Shown here: piece after piece, positions 41,840 to 52,347 of the stretch
Position numbering within the stretch: position 1 is the first letter of the stretch
Layout: each line of letters begins with the position of its first letter
Source of the DNA: Desulfobacterales bacterium
GTDB taxonomy: Bacteria; Desulfobacterota; Desulfobacteria; Desulfobacterales; UBA5852
DNA length: 64,000 bases
Direction: 5' to 3'
Assembly (NCBI GenBank): GCA_963674755.2
Contig: CAXXVS010000003.1
Coordinates: 1,344,001-1,408,000 of the forward strand
Made by a program: the position numbers and the translations under genes
Notes under the pieces: generated by a model
Told to the model about the DNA's origin: nothing
Seen by the model: the letters and a program-made list of their open reading frames with translations, nothing else
The model's database searches: none

Positions 41840-42586
41840 ATGATACACAGTGTAAACGCCATCCTGAATGCCAATCTGCAGGCCACGGACGGCAAGATCG
41901 GCCGTTGCGCGGATTTTCTCTTCGACGACAAGTTCTGGACCCTCCGCTACATGGTGGCCGACACCCATAAATGGCTTCCGGGACGCAAGGTCTTGATTTC
42001 TCCCAGTGCCTTACAGGACTGGGATTGGCGCGCCGATATGCTTCCCGTCAATCTCAGCCGGGACGAGATCCGGCAAAGCCCGTCCCTTTCCAGCCACATG
42101 CCGGTCTCCCGGCAGTACGAGACGCAACTGGTGGAGTATTACAACTGGTATCCCTACTGGGAGGGGCCCCATGCCTGGGGACCGGTCATGACGCCCTTTG
42201 CGACGGCGGCGGTCCGGACCGAACCCATCCAGGCCATCGAGGCCGGGGGGAAGAGCCACCTGCGCTCCGTCCGGGAGGTGGACGGCTACCATCTTCAAGC
42301 CCTGGATGACACGATCGGCCATGTGGACGACTTTCTGCTGGAGGCCATGACCTGGGCGATTCGCTATCTGGTCGTGGATACGCGCAATTGGCTGCCCGGA
42401 CGCAAGGTGCTCATTCCGCCGGCCTGGGCCAGCAACATCGACTGGAAACGATCCCGCCTGCAGGTTCAGGTGGCCCGCCGGACGATTGAAAACAGCCCGG
42501 TCTACGACAAGGAACGTCCGCTGACCCGTGAGGATGAAATGGCCCTTTACGAGCATTACGACGTGAAACCTTACTGGTTGGCATAA
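41840..42586 (+). CDS. tandem PRC-barrel domain protein
   Basis: Two repeats of A.D..IG...DFL.....W..RY.V.DT..WLPGRKVLI.P; RBS AAGGAG. Confidence 0.9.
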   Translation: MIHSVNAILNANLQATDGKIGRCADFLFDDKFWTLRYMVADTHKWLPGRKVLISPSALQDWDWRADMLPVNLSRDEIRQSPSLSSHMPVSRQYETQLVEYYNWYPYWEGPHAWGPVMTPFATAAVRTEPIQAIEAGGKSHLRSVREVDGYHLQALDDTIGHVDDFLLEAMTWAIRYLVVDTRNWLPGRKVLIPPAWASNIDWKRSRLQVQVARRTIENSPVYDKERPLTREDEMALYEHYDVKPYWLA

Positions 42587-42792
42587 AAGAGCGGCAACGG
42601 TGTGCGCGGTGCAGGAATGCTGCCCGGGATTCGCCGGAGGCAGGGAATTGCCGGACGCAGAGGGGAGGCAGGGGATCGACCGGAAAGGGATGGCCTGAAC
42701 CCGGCCCCCCTATCCCGCGACATCGCGCAGGACAACGGCCGCCACGCGCATGAGGAGTATCACCCCGAACAGGATGTTGAGGGAGAATAGCG

Positions 42793-43266
42793 ATGAGCGG
42801 CAGCCCACACAAGGAAGGCATGCATCGATCCTCTTGCCAATCCCGGGAGGGATTTCTATCGGTGCAGGACGCCTTGATCGTTTTGGCCATCCGGATGATA
42901 GGCGGCGATATCCGCCGAAATCCATCGGCTCGGCAGCATATCATCGCCCTGGCGCGGGCCACGCCCCTGTTTCTGATGGAGGACTACGATGAGACCAAGG
43001 GGCGCCTTGATGGCTTCCTCAGCCGAGCCGGAACGACGGCCATGGACGATATCTTCGCCCGTGCGTTGGACCGACTCAAAGGGGCCTGTCGCCGCGAGGC
43101 GCTGGCATGGTCTGCCAGCAATGCGGTCATCCAGCAACCCACGGATGAAAAGAGCGCCATGCTGTATCATATCGGCAAAGCCCTCGGGTTCTCCATCTCC
43201 GAGGTGGAGGAAAGCCTGGTGCAGGCACGGCGGAAGCCCGCCGGCCCTGCGGCGGCGGATGACTGA
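42793..43266 (+). CDS. hypothetical protein, possibly TerB-like
   Basis: Helical, ending EKSAMLYHIGKALGFSISEVEE; start uncertain. Confidence 0.45.
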   Translation: MSGSPHKEGMHRSSCQSREGFLSVQDALIVLAIRMIGGDIRRNPSARQHIIALARATPLFLMEDYDETKGRLDGFLSRAGTTAMDDIFARALDRLKGACRREALAWSASNAVIQQPTDEKSAMLYHIGKALGFSISEVEESLVQARRKPAGPAAADD

Positions 43267-43353
43267 GCCGCCCGCTGGGGAGCGGCGGGGCAGAAGCTCG
43301 CCGTCCCCGGGCGGTGGTGCCCCCGGACCCACGACGGAAGAAAGGAGATCGCC

Positions 43354-44079
43354 ATGCAAAGACGTGTAGCGCTTGTGACCGGCGCCAACCGCGGACTGGG
43401 ATTTGAAATTGCCCGCCAGCTGGCCGACTTCGGGATCACGGTGGTGATCGGGGCACGTGATGCGGCCCAGGGTGAGGCGGCGGCCCAATCTCTTCTGAAT
43501 GACCGCCGCAGCGTTTACAGCCGGATGCTCGACGTGACCAGAGCCGTCACGATTCAGGCGGCCGTCGCCGATATCATCGATCGTTACGGCCGTCTCGATG
43601 TTCTGGTCAACAATGCCGGGATCATGATCGATGCCGAAACTTCCATTCTGGAGCTCGATCCCACGCTGTTCCAGAACACGCTGGAAACCAACGCCCTGGG
43701 GCCGCTTCTGCTGAGTCAGGCCTGCATCCCTTACATGCGCGACAACCAGTATGGACGCATCGTCAATATCTCCAGCACCCTGGGATCCCTCAACGATATT
43801 GCCACACCGGATTCCGAATACGCCGTCATGCTGTCGCCGGCCTACCGGCTTTCCAAAAGCCTGCTGAACGGCCTGACCGTTCTGCTGGCCAAGGAACTGC
43901 GGGGAACCAATATCCTGGTGAATTCGGCCTGCCCGGGCTGGGTGCGCACCCGGCTGGGGGGCGAGCGGGCGCCGCTCATGCCGGCCCAGGGGGCGGAAAC
44001 CCCCGTTTGGCTGGCCACCCTGCCGGACGACGGCCCTACCGGCGGTTTTTTCCGCGAGAAACGTCCTATCCCCTGGTAG
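43354..44079 (+). CDS. short-chain dehydrogenase/reductase (carbonyl-reductase-like)
   Basis: TGANRGLG, NNAG, YRLSK and CPGWVRT. Confidence 0.93.
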   Translation: MQRRVALVTGANRGLGFEIARQLADFGITVVIGARDAAQGEAAAQSLLNDRRSVYSRMLDVTRAVTIQAAVADIIDRYGRLDVLVNNAGIMIDAETSILELDPTLFQNTLETNALGPLLLSQACIPYMRDNQYGRIVNISSTLGSLNDIATPDSEYAVMLSPAYRLSKSLLNGLTVLLAKELRGTNILVNSACPGWVRTRLGGERAPLMPAQGAETPVWLATLPDDGPTGGFFREKRPIPW

Positions 44080-44127
44080 CCAGGCATCTTGACAGCGTTG
44101 CTATCGGGCGATACACCCACCAACGCG

Positions 44128-44173
44128 ACCCCCCTTGCCGCCCATGCGGCCGAGGGGGTTTTCGTTTTTTTTT
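44128..44173 (+). terminator. intrinsic terminator-like hairpin
   Basis: CCCCC-TT-GCCGC-CCAT-GCGGC-CGA-GGGGG followed by TTTTCGTTTTTTTT. Confidence 0.6.
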
Positions 44174-44202
44174 ACCGCCACCGATCAGAAAGGGGGGTAT
44201 CC

Positions 44203-45129
44203 TTGCCGATTCATTTGCCGGAAAGGGTCAAGCGTCGGCTGGCCCTGCCGCCCGGGGCCATGATCGCGCGTTTTGGCTGGCAGCAGTTCATGATTTCCCT
44301 GGGCGCTGTGATATCGGCCCTGGCGTACGTCGTCTTCCAGCTGCCTTACAATATCGCGGCCGGCGGGGTCAGCGGCCTGGGGATCATCGTCCACCACTGG
44401 ACGGGGTTTCCGGTGGGGCTGTTTTTCCTGCTGTTGAACATCCCCTTGTTCGGGCTGGGATTTTTCGTGCTGGGGCGCTGGCGTTTTCTCTGGTCGAGTA
44501 CCCTTGCCGTGCTGGTCTTTTCGGTCGCCACCGACTATCTGGTTCATGCCCTGCCGGGATGGCTGGACCCTTATCCGGTGACGTCCGAACCGTTGCTGGC
44601 CTGCATCTATGCCGGTATCCTCTACGGCCTGGGAACCGGACTCGTCTACCGCTACGGCGGCACCATCGGGGGCACGTCGATTCCGGCCCGCATCATTTAC
44701 AACAAGACCGGCTTTCCCCTGAGCCAGTCCTACCTGTTTACCGACCTGGCAATCATTGCCCTGGCCGGTGTGGTCTTCACGCTGGAAACCGCTCTCCTGG
44801 CGGTGCTGACCCTCCTTCTGGTGGGGCTCTTTTCCGATTTCGTGCTCGAAGGCAGCAGCCAGATGCGCACCCTGATGATCATCACCGAGAAGCCCGGCCC
44901 CATCTGCGATGCCATCATGTACGAGCTTCAGCGAGGGGTGACCCACTGGGAGGTCACGGGGGGCTATTCCCGGAAAAAGCGCACCATGCTTTACCTGACG
45001 GCCCTGCGTTCGCGCATCTACGACGTGAAGTACATCATCGCCCGCATCGATCCTGAGGCGTTCATGGTGGTGGGTGTCTCCCAGCAGACCTGGGGCGGCT
45101 ACAACGCCCCCAAAATAGACCGGCGCTGA
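44203..45129 (+). CDS. YitT-family membrane protein
   Basis: IAAGGVSGLGII, LNIPLF, YGGTIGGT, LQRGVT...GGYS and IDPEAFMVV; TTG start approximate. Confidence 0.88.
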   Translation: MPIHLPERVKRRLALPPGAMIARFGWQQFMISLGAVISALAYVVFQLPYNIAAGGVSGLGIIVHHWTGFPVGLFFLLLNIPLFGLGFFVLGRWRFLWSSTLAVLVFSVATDYLVHALPGWLDPYPVTSEPLLACIYAGILYGLGTGLVYRYGGTIGGTSIPARIIYNKTGFPLSQSYLFTDLAIIALAGVVFTLETALLAVLTLLLVGLFSDFVLEGSSQMRTLMIITEKPGPICDAIMYELQRGVTHWEVTGGYSRKKRTMLYLTALRSRIYDVKYIIARIDPEAFMVVGVSQQTWGGYNAPKIDRR

Positions 45130-45157
45130 GGGGCGATCCGGACGGATTTGCGATGGC

Positions 45158-46294
45158 CTAACGGCGCAGCCGGGTGACCGCTTCGATGAGGACCGGCAGG
45201 GCTGCGTCGATCTCTTCCCGGGTCGTGGTCCGCCCGACGCTGAAGCGCACCGTGCCACGGGCACGGTCCTGGGGGAGCTGCATGGCGGCCAGCACGTGGG
45301 AGACGGCCACGCTGTCGGCGTGGCAGGCAGCCCCGGCCGAGGCGGCGAGGGTGCCCTGGACGGCGGTCAGCAGGTCGTTGGCATCGATGCCCGCAAAGGC
45401 CAGACTGAGGGTGTTGGGCAGCCGTTGGTCCGGGTGGCCGTTCAGGGTCACGCCTTCCAGGCGGTCGGCCAATCCCCGGTGCAGGCGCTCGCGCATCGCC
45501 TGCATGTGTCCGCGGTGCTGTTCGAGTTCCCGGGCGGCGATTTCGCAAGCCTTCCCCAGCCCCGCGATCAAGGCCACATTTTCGGTGCCGGCCCGGCGGC
45601 CGTTCTCCTGCCCGGCCCCGTGGCAGAAATTCTCAAGAGTGATTCCCGCGCGTACATATAAAGCCCCAACGCCCTTGGGAGCGTAGAGCTTGTGGCCGGC
45701 CAGGGAGAGCAGATCCACGCCCAGCTCGTCCACCCGGGTGGGCACCTTGCCCACGGATTGGGCCGCATCCGTATGAAAAGGGATGCCGTAAGACCGGGCG
45801 ATGGCGCCAATCTCAGCAATGGGCTGGAGGGTGCCCACTTCGTTGTTGGCATGCATGATGGAGATCAGGCGGGTGTCCGGCCGGATCGCAGCCCCCACCG
45901 TGGCCGGGTCCACCCGACAGGCCGCATCCACCGGCAGAACGGTCAGCTCCACCCCGAAGCGCATCAGGAAAAGACAGACCTCCAGCACGGCCGAATGCTC
46001 CACGGCGCTCGTGATGATGTGCCCGCCGCGGTGGTCGGCCATCAGGATGCCCTTGAGGGCATGGTTGTTGGCTTCGGTGCCGCCGCTGGTGAAGATGATT
46101 TCTTCAGGGTGGCATCCCAGCAAATCAGCCACCTGCTGCCGTGCTTCGGCCACGGCGGCCCGGGGGCGGCGGCCGTAGACATGGCCGCTGGAGGGGTTGC
46201 CGAAGGCATCGCCCCAGTAAGGCTGCATGGTCCGGACCACTTCGGGATCCAGGGGGGTGGTACCGTTATAATCGAAATAAATGGGTTCTGGCAT
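45158..46294 (-). CDS. cysteine desulfurase (NifS/IscS family)
   Basis: YFDYNGTTP, GNPSS, HANNEVG, HTDAAQS, GHKLYAPKGVG, RAGTEN and SAGAACH. Confidence 0.92.
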   Translation of the reverse strand: MPEPIYFDYNGTTPLDPEVVRTMQPYWGDAFGNPSSGHVYGRRPRAAVAEARQQVADLLGCHPEEIIFTSGGTEANNHALKGILMADHRGGHIITSAVEHSAVLEVCLFLMRFGVELTVLPVDAACRVDPATVGAAIRPDTRLISIMHANNEVGTLQPIAEIGAIARSYGIPFHTDAAQSVGKVPTRVDELGVDLLSLAGHKLYAPKGVGALYVRAGITLENFCHGAGQENGRRAGTENVALIAGLGKACEIAARELEQHRGHMQAMRERLHRGLADRLEGVTLNGHPDQRLPNTLSLAFAGIDANDLLTAVQGTLAASAGAACHADSVAVSHVLAAMQLPQDRARGTVRFSVGRTTTREEIDAALPVLIEAVTRLRR

Positions 46295-46519
46295 GGCGTG
46301 ACGCACGGCCTCCTTTGTCGCGATACAGACGGGAACAGAAGCATCGCATCGCTACGGTCATGGGTGAGGTCTGCCGGAGCGCTTTTGGCAATGCTCCGGT
46401 AATGGGAAGAAATCGAATTTGCGCTCGTTTCTCTTTTTTACGCATCTCCGCAGCGCTCGTCAAATGGGGTCCTTCTCGCAAGACCGATGCGGGCACGGCT
46501 GATGCCGTCATGGGGATTC

Positions 46520-46548
46520 TTGACTTCCAAGAGAGGATGCCATAGGCT
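46520..46548 (+). promoter_or_regulatory. sigma70-type promoter
   Basis: TTGACT-N17-TAGGCT upstream of the deacetylase operon. Confidence 0.45.
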
Positions 46549-46683
46549 CATAATCACTTATCATTTCACCGGATTGCCGCCCAAACGCGCATTGTCGCGC
46601 AGGTGAGTGCGGATTTTCTTCCGGATTCCCGATCGAGCGTTCCAACCCCGGCGGGGCTTGCCGGAGGAGATAGGACAAACGCC

Positions 46684-47691
46684 ATGGCGACAGCCCATGC
46701 ACACGGCAGCGGACCACAGCGCGGGGCTTTTGGGCTGGGGCTGGCGCTTGCGTTATGCCTGGTGGCAGGCGCCACCCTGGGCGGCTGCGGCCTCTACCGA
46801 TCCGATGACTATATCATTTGCCAGCTGAAAAGCGATACCACCTCCGAGGCCCTGGCCGAACGTTTTCTCCAGGATCCCCGGCGGTCATGGGTGATCGAAG
46901 AGGCCAATCCCGGGGCCGTCTTCCAGAAAGGCAAGACGGTGATCATCCCCCTCCAAGACGACAACCGCGCCGGGCTGTTCCGGGAAGGGTTCCAGGTGGT
47001 GCCGATCCTCTGTTATCATCGTTTCGCGGCCGCCTGTCGATCCGCCCTGTGCGTATCGGAATCCGCCTTCCGCGCGCAGCTGGCCTATCTCAAAGAAAAC
47101 GGTTATCGCACCATTCGTCTGGAAGACCTCTACGCCTTCCTCTCCTATCGGCGGGCGATCCCGCTGCGCTCGGTGGTCATCACCATCGATGACGGCTATC
47201 GCTCCAGCTACGACACGGCCTTTCCGCTGCTCAAGGAATACGGATTCACGGCCACGCTTTTCATTTATACGGATTTTGTGGAAGCCACACCCCTGTCCAT
47301 CTCCTGGGACCAGTTGCGGGAAATGAAGGCCGCCGGGTTCGAAGTCGCATCCCACAGCGTCAGCCACTGCGATCTGACTATGAGGCAGGCCGGCGAGTCC
47401 GAGACGGCCTATGAAGCGCGCATCATGGGGGAGCTGACGGCGTCCAAGGCCATTCTGGACCGGGAGCTCCAGCAGGACACCCGTTTTCTGGCCTATCCCT
47501 TCAGTAAATACGACCGCTGGGTCCTGGGCCAGGTCGAAGCGGCAGGCTACGATCTGGGACTTACCCTGGAACGGGGCGCCATCCCCTTTTTTGCGGATCC
47601 CCTGGTCCTTAAGCGTATCACGGTCCAGGAGGAAGGCCTTCATGATTTCGGCCGCCGCATTTCCACCCTAACGCCTGTTTTGCTGGAGTGA
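46684..47691 (+). CDS. polysaccharide deacetylase lipoprotein with LysM-like N-terminal region
   Basis: LGGC lipobox, VPILCYHRF, ITIDDGY, SHSVSH and LAYPF. Confidence 0.88.
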   Translation: MATAHAHGSGPQRGAFGLGLALALCLVAGATLGGCGLYRSDDYIICQLKSDTTSEALAERFLQDPRRSWVIEEANPGAVFQKGKTVIIPLQDDNRAGLFREGFQVVPILCYHRFAAACRSALCVSESAFRAQLAYLKENGYRTIRLEDLYAFLSYRRAIPLRSVVITIDDGYRSSYDTAFPLLKEYGFTATLFIYTDFVEATPLSISWDQLREMKAAGFEVASHSVSHCDLTMRQAGESETAYEARIMGELTASKAILDRELQQDTRFLAYPFSKYDRWVLGQVEAAGYDLGLTLERGAIPFFADPLVLKRITVQEEGLHDFGRRISTLTPVLLE

Positions 47692-47695
47692 GACC

Positions 47696-48808
47696 ATGAA
47701 AACGATCCTGCGACCACTTGGCATCGGCCTTGTCATGGTGTTGCTGGCGGCGGGATGCGCCGCCGCGGGTCAGTCGGTCGGCGAGGATCCCGCCGGACCG
47801 GCCCAGGCCTATTACGCGGAGGGTCAAGCCCAGGAAGCGGCCGGTCATGTGGTGGAGGCCGCGCGTATGTACAAACTGGCGCTCACCCTGACCCCGGGAT
47901 CCAGTGAAATCGTCTCCGCTCTGGAACACGTGGAAAGCCGGCGGCGACAGATGGCGGAAGAACGCTATCAGATCGGTGAGCGGGACTATGCGGCCGGACG
48001 GTTCCTGGAGAGCAAGATCGCCTACCTGGCCGCTTTGCGGCTGTGGCCGGAGCATGCCGGTGCCCTGGAGCGGTTGCGTTCCCGGGAGAAAATAACGGCC
48101 GTCCACCAAACCCGGCATGTTGTCCAGAAAGGCGAAACCCTGACCAATATTGCCGAGAAGTATTACGGCGATTATAAGAAGTTTAAGTTGCTGGCCGCCT
48201 ATAATCAGCTGGCCGACCCCACCCGGATCAAGATCGGACAACTGATTTTGATCCCCGCCGTCGGTGCGGGAACGGCGACCGCGGCCGGCGGTCCAGCGCC
48301 CGCCGGAGACGACCGGCACTTCACGGCAACCGTCGAGGCACGCATTTTCGAAACGGCGCAGATTCAGGTGGCCAACTACCGCAATGACGGGCAAGAGATG
48401 CTTCAGGCGGGTGATTATGAGGCCGCCATCGTATCATTCGGCAAAGTCTTGAAGGCCGTTCCCAAAGATACGAAGGCCCGCCTCGCCATCGTCAGGGCCC
48501 ACGATGCCTATGGGCGCCAGTTGTGGGACCGGCAGGAAATCGAGCCGGCCCGCAAGCAATTCCAGGCCTGCCTTGCCTTCCGGGAAGGTTGCCGGTCCTG
48601 CGGTAAGGCGGTGGCCGCCTGTGAAAACAGCTACAAGACGCGCCTTTACAATCGCGGCATCGTTTTCTTCAAAGCCGGGGACGCTGCCGCGGCTTTAGGG
48701 GAATGGGAAATCCTGCAGGCCATGGATCCCGGCTATCGCAACGTTCAGGGCTATATCCGAAAAGCTAAAACAATGGATGCGCCGCCTGCCGGAATGGACA
48801 ATCAATAG
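47696..48808 (+). CDS. TPR + LysM lipoprotein
   Basis: AAGC lipobox, HVVQKGETLTNIAEKYYG...IKIGQLILIP, flanking TPR-like repeats. Confidence 0.85.
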   Translation: MKTILRPLGIGLVMVLLAAGCAAAGQSVGEDPAGPAQAYYAEGQAQEAAGHVVEAARMYKLALTLTPGSSEIVSALEHVESRRRQMAEERYQIGERDYAAGRFLESKIAYLAALRLWPEHAGALERLRSREKITAVHQTRHVVQKGETLTNIAEKYYGDYKKFKLLAAYNQLADPTRIKIGQLILIPAVGAGTATAAGGPAPAGDDRHFTATVEARIFETAQIQVANYRNDGQEMLQAGDYEAAIVSFGKVLKAVPKDTKARLAIVRAHDAYGRQLWDRQEIEPARKQFQACLAFREGCRSCGKAVAACENSYKTRLYNRGIVFFKAGDAAAALGEWEILQAMDPGYRNVQGYIRKAKTMDAPPAGMDNQ

Positions 48809-48816
48809 AGAACGCC

Positions 48817-49764
48817 ATGAAGCATGCGTGTGAGGTCCTCGTTATCGGCCGCAGCTGCGTCGATCACATCGCTGTGGTGGAGACTTTCCCCCTTGAAAAC
48901 ACCAAAGCGGCCATTACCCATCGGCTGGTGGAGGGCGGCGGACAGGGGGGGACGGCCGCGGCCTGTATCGCCGGGTTAGGGGGGCGGGTCTGCTATGTGG
49001 GACGTTTGGGAGACGATGCGTCCAGCCGGATTTGCCTGCAGCGTTTGGCCGCCTTCGGCGTGGACACCCGCCATGTCCAGATCCTTCCCGGTGGCCGGAC
49101 CCCGGATGCGTTTATTTTTGTTACGGCCGCCACTGGTGATCGCACCATTTTTTACGAACCCAACCGCCTGCCGCGCCTGGAAGCCTGTGACCTGCCCGAG
49201 GGGCTGTTCGCCCGGGCGTCGGTCCTGCTCCTGGACCCCGAAACCACTTACCTGGCCGATCTGCTACCGGAAAAGGGCGGATTGCAGGTGGTCTATGATG
49301 CCGAACGCTGGCGGGATGGAATGGACGCCATGATGCAACGGGCCGATTATTTCATCCCCAGCCGGGATTTTTTGGACGACGCGCACGCCGGCTGCGGTGC
49401 TGGTCCGCTGACGGACCGTCTGAACACCCTGCAGGCACGGGTCGGGGGCCGGCTGGTGGTCACGGACGGGTCCCGGGGGGCCTATTACGTCCAGCAGGGA
49501 CGACTGATGCAGATTCCGGCCCCGGTGATCACGGTGCGTGACACCATCGGCGCAGGGGACAATTTCCACGCGGCCTTTGCCCTGGCCTTGAGCCGGGGGG
49601 CCGATCTGCCGGAGGCCGTCCGGCTGGCGGTGGCCGTGGCCTCCCTCTCCTGCCGGGCCTTTGGCGGCCGCAACGGCATCCCGTCCCTGGCCGAAGCCCA
49701 TCGCCTGGCGGCCACCCTGATCCCGCGACCGCTCTCCCCCGGCCATCCGCCGCACGCTTCCTGA
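48817..49764 (+). CDS. PfkB-family carbohydrate kinase
   Basis: GGGQGGTAA, VTDGSRGA and DTIGAGDNFHAAF. Confidence 0.9.
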   Translation: MKHACEVLVIGRSCVDHIAVVETFPLENTKAAITHRLVEGGGQGGTAAACIAGLGGRVCYVGRLGDDASSRICLQRLAAFGVDTRHVQILPGGRTPDAFIFVTAATGDRTIFYEPNRLPRLEACDLPEGLFARASVLLLDPETTYLADLLPEKGGLQVVYDAERWRDGMDAMMQRADYFIPSRDFLDDAHAGCGAGPLTDRLNTLQARVGGRLVVTDGSRGAYYVQQGRLMQIPAPVITVRDTIGAGDNFHAAFALALSRGADLPEAVRLAVAVASLSCRAFGGRNGIPSLAEAHRLAATLIPRPLSPGHPPHAS

Positions 49765-49913
49765 GACCAGGCGCCGGCATCCCCTTGTTGCCTGCCGGCC
49801 GCCAATCCCATACCGAATCATAAGCGCCTAAGGTTTTCGATAAAAACGCCGAAAAAAGAGACAGGTCCGGCGCCGATCGGCCGCAGGCCATTTACAGGGG
49901 GAACAATTCGCGC

Positions 49914-51146
49914 ATGGTGTTCAACGACAATCATCACCTGATCGACATCGGGCGGCTATTCGAGTACATGCCCTCGCTGTTCATCGGGCTCGGGGACGAA
50001 GACCGCGTCCTTTTATGGAATGCCCGGGCCGAGCAGATTCTGGGCTGCCGCGCCGCGGATGCGGTGGGATTCCCGCTGGAAGCCTGCCCGCTGCCATGGG
50101 ACCGGAAGCGGATGGCCGAGGGACTTGTCCGCTGCGGCCGGTCGGGCGAACCGGTCCGTATCGACGGCATGCTTTGCAACGGTCCCGGCGATGGTCGGAA
50201 GGAGCTGGGGCTGACGCTGATCCCCCTTGGCGACAGCCCCCTGTATGGCTTGCGAACGCTCATCAACGGGGCTGATATCACCACGCGGCGTCTGCTGGAA
50301 GAGCAACTGGCCCGGGCCCAGAAGATGCAGGCCATCGGCCACCTGGCGGCCGGTATCGCCCACGAAATCAGCACCCCGGCCCAGTTCGTGGGAGACAACA
50401 CCCATTTTCTGCGGGAAGCCTTTGACGACCTCCATCAGATTTTAAACCGGTTTCAGGCCGTGGCATCGGCGGTGCAGGAAGGCAAAGCCCCGGCCGAAGC
50501 GCTGGCGGCGGCCGAGGCCGCGGTCCGGGACATGGATCTGGCCTATCTGGAAACGGAAATCCCCCTGGCCATTGCCCATATCTTGGACGGGGTGGGGCGC
50601 ATCTCTAAAATCGTGCGTTCCATGAAGTTTTTCGCCCATCCCGGCGATACGGCCAAGACGCCCCTGGACCTCAATGAAGCCATCGAGAGCACGATCATCA
50701 TCTCGCGCAATGCCTGGAAATACGTGGCCGATGTCGAAACGGACCTGGACCCGGACCTGCCCCCGGTACCCGGACAGCGCGGTGAGATCAATCAGGTGCT
50801 CCTGAACCTGATCACCAACGCCGCCCATGCCATTGCCGAAAAATTGGGCCCCGGCGCCACGGACAAGGGGCGCATCCGGATCGCCTCCGGCCGGCGGGAG
50901 GGCTGGGCCGAAATACGCATCCGGGATTCCGGGGCCGGCATCCCGGAGGCCATCCGGCACCAGGTGTTCGACCTGTTTTTCACCACCAAGGAAGAGGGGC
51001 TGGGCTCCGGCCAGGGGCTGGCCATCGCCCATTCCGTGATCGTCGAAAAGCATGGCGGTGTACTGACCTTCGACAGTGCGCCGGGGGCGGGCACCACCTT
51101 TATCATCCGGCTGCCCGTAAACGGGGAGGCCTTGTCCAATGGATAG
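49914..51146 (+). CDS. PAS sensor histidine kinase
   Basis: LAAGIAHEISTP, NLITNAAHA, DSGAGI and FFTTKEEGLGSGQGL. Confidence 0.93.
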   Translation: MVFNDNHHLIDIGRLFEYMPSLFIGLGDEDRVLLWNARAEQILGCRAADAVGFPLEACPLPWDRKRMAEGLVRCGRSGEPVRIDGMLCNGPGDGRKELGLTLIPLGDSPLYGLRTLINGADITTRRLLEEQLARAQKMQAIGHLAAGIAHEISTPAQFVGDNTHFLREAFDDLHQILNRFQAVASAVQEGKAPAEALAAAEAAVRDMDLAYLETEIPLAIAHILDGVGRISKIVRSMKFFAHPGDTAKTPLDLNEAIESTIIISRNAWKYVADVETDLDPDLPPVPGQRGEINQVLLNLITNAAHAIAEKLGPGATDKGRIRIASGRREGWAEIRIRDSGAGIPEAIRHQVFDLFFTTKEEGLGSGQGLAIAHSVIVEKHGGVLTFDSAPGAGTTFIIRLPVNGEALSNG

Positions 51147-52347
51147 AAAACGCCTGCTTTTCGTGGATGACGATGCCATGGTGCTGCAGGGCCTCCGGCG
51201 TTCCCTGCGCAAAATGCGCGACGAATGGGATGTATATTATGCCGAGAGCGGCGCGGCGGCCCTGGCCCAACTGGCATCCCGTCCGGTGGACGTGGTGATT
51301 TCCGATATGCGCATGCCGGGCATGGATGGCGTGGCGCTGCTCTCCGCGGTGAAGGAGCGCTTCCCCCAGATCATACGCATTATTCTGAGCGGCCAACTGG
51401 ATCGGGACATGACGTTGAAGTCCGTCACCGTGGCCCACCAGTTGCTGGCCAAACCCTGCGATGTGGGCGTGCTGCGTAAGATCCTGCACAAAACCCTGGC
51501 CCTCAACCAGGTCCTGGCCGACGATGCCATCCGGCGCGTGGTGGCGCGCATCGACACCCTGCCCAGCATGCCCGCCAGCTGCCTGGCGATCATGGCGGAA
51601 CTGCAGTCCGAGGAGGCCTCGATTCAGCAGGTGGCCGGCCTGATCGCCGGGGATCTGGGAATGGCGGCCAAAATTCTGCAGATGGTCAACTCGGCCTTTT
51701 TCGGGCTTTACCGTCGGGTGAACGACGTGAAGGATGCGGTGATGCTGCTGGGCCTGGATGCCATCAAAGCCCTGGTGCTCTCCATCAACGTGTTCTCCGC
51801 GTTCAATCCCCGGCAAATGCCGTTTCTGGATGTGGGGCTGCTCTGGGAGCACAGCCTGGCCACAGGCGGGTATGCCAAGCAGATCGTGACATATCGCCGG
51901 CTGGGGCGCGAACAGGCCACGGCGGCCTTTCTGGCCGGCATGCTGCACGACATCGGTAAACTGGTCCTGGCGGTCAACTTCAGCGATGTTTACCGCCGAT
52001 TCCTCGGGACGGCCCCGGCGGCGCCGGACCAACGGCTGGCAAGGGAGCGTGAAGCGATCGGGACCAGCCACGCCGAAATCGGGGCCTACCTCATGGGGCT
52101 GTGGGGGCTGGAACCGACGATTCTTAGCGCCATTGCCTTCCACCATCGCCCCCTGGACAGTCAGACGGCCTCCTTCGGACCGCTGACGGCCGTGCATGTC
52201 GCCAACGGATTCGATCATGGCCTGCGGGCATCCTCCACCGACGGCGGGGAATTTCTCGAAACGGCCTACCTGACCGCCCTCCAACTCGCCGATCAGGTTC
52301 CGGCCTGGCGGCAGGCCTGCGCGGCTATGGAGGCCGCGGTGCCATGA
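51139..52347 (+). CDS. receiver + HDOD domain protein
   Basis: SDMRMPGMDG receiver; LPSMP, KILQMVNSAFFG, LWEHS and GMLHDIGKL. Confidence 0.92.
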   Translation: MDRKRLLFVDDDAMVLQGLRRSLRKMRDEWDVYYAESGAAALAQLASRPVDVVISDMRMPGMDGVALLSAVKERFPQIIRIILSGQLDRDMTLKSVTVAHQLLAKPCDVGVLRKILHKTLALNQVLADDAIRRVVARIDTLPSMPASCLAIMAELQSEEASIQQVAGLIAGDLGMAAKILQMVNSAFFGLYRRVNDVKDAVMLLGLDAIKALVLSINVFSAFNPRQMPFLDVGLLWEHSLATGGYAKQIVTYRRLGREQATAAFLAGMLHDIGKLVLAVNFSDVYRRFLGTAPAAPDQRLAREREAIGTSHAEIGAYLMGLWGLEPTILSAIAFHHRPLDSQTASFGPLTAVHVANGFDHGLRASSTDGGEFLETAYLTALQLADQVPAWRQACAAMEAAVP

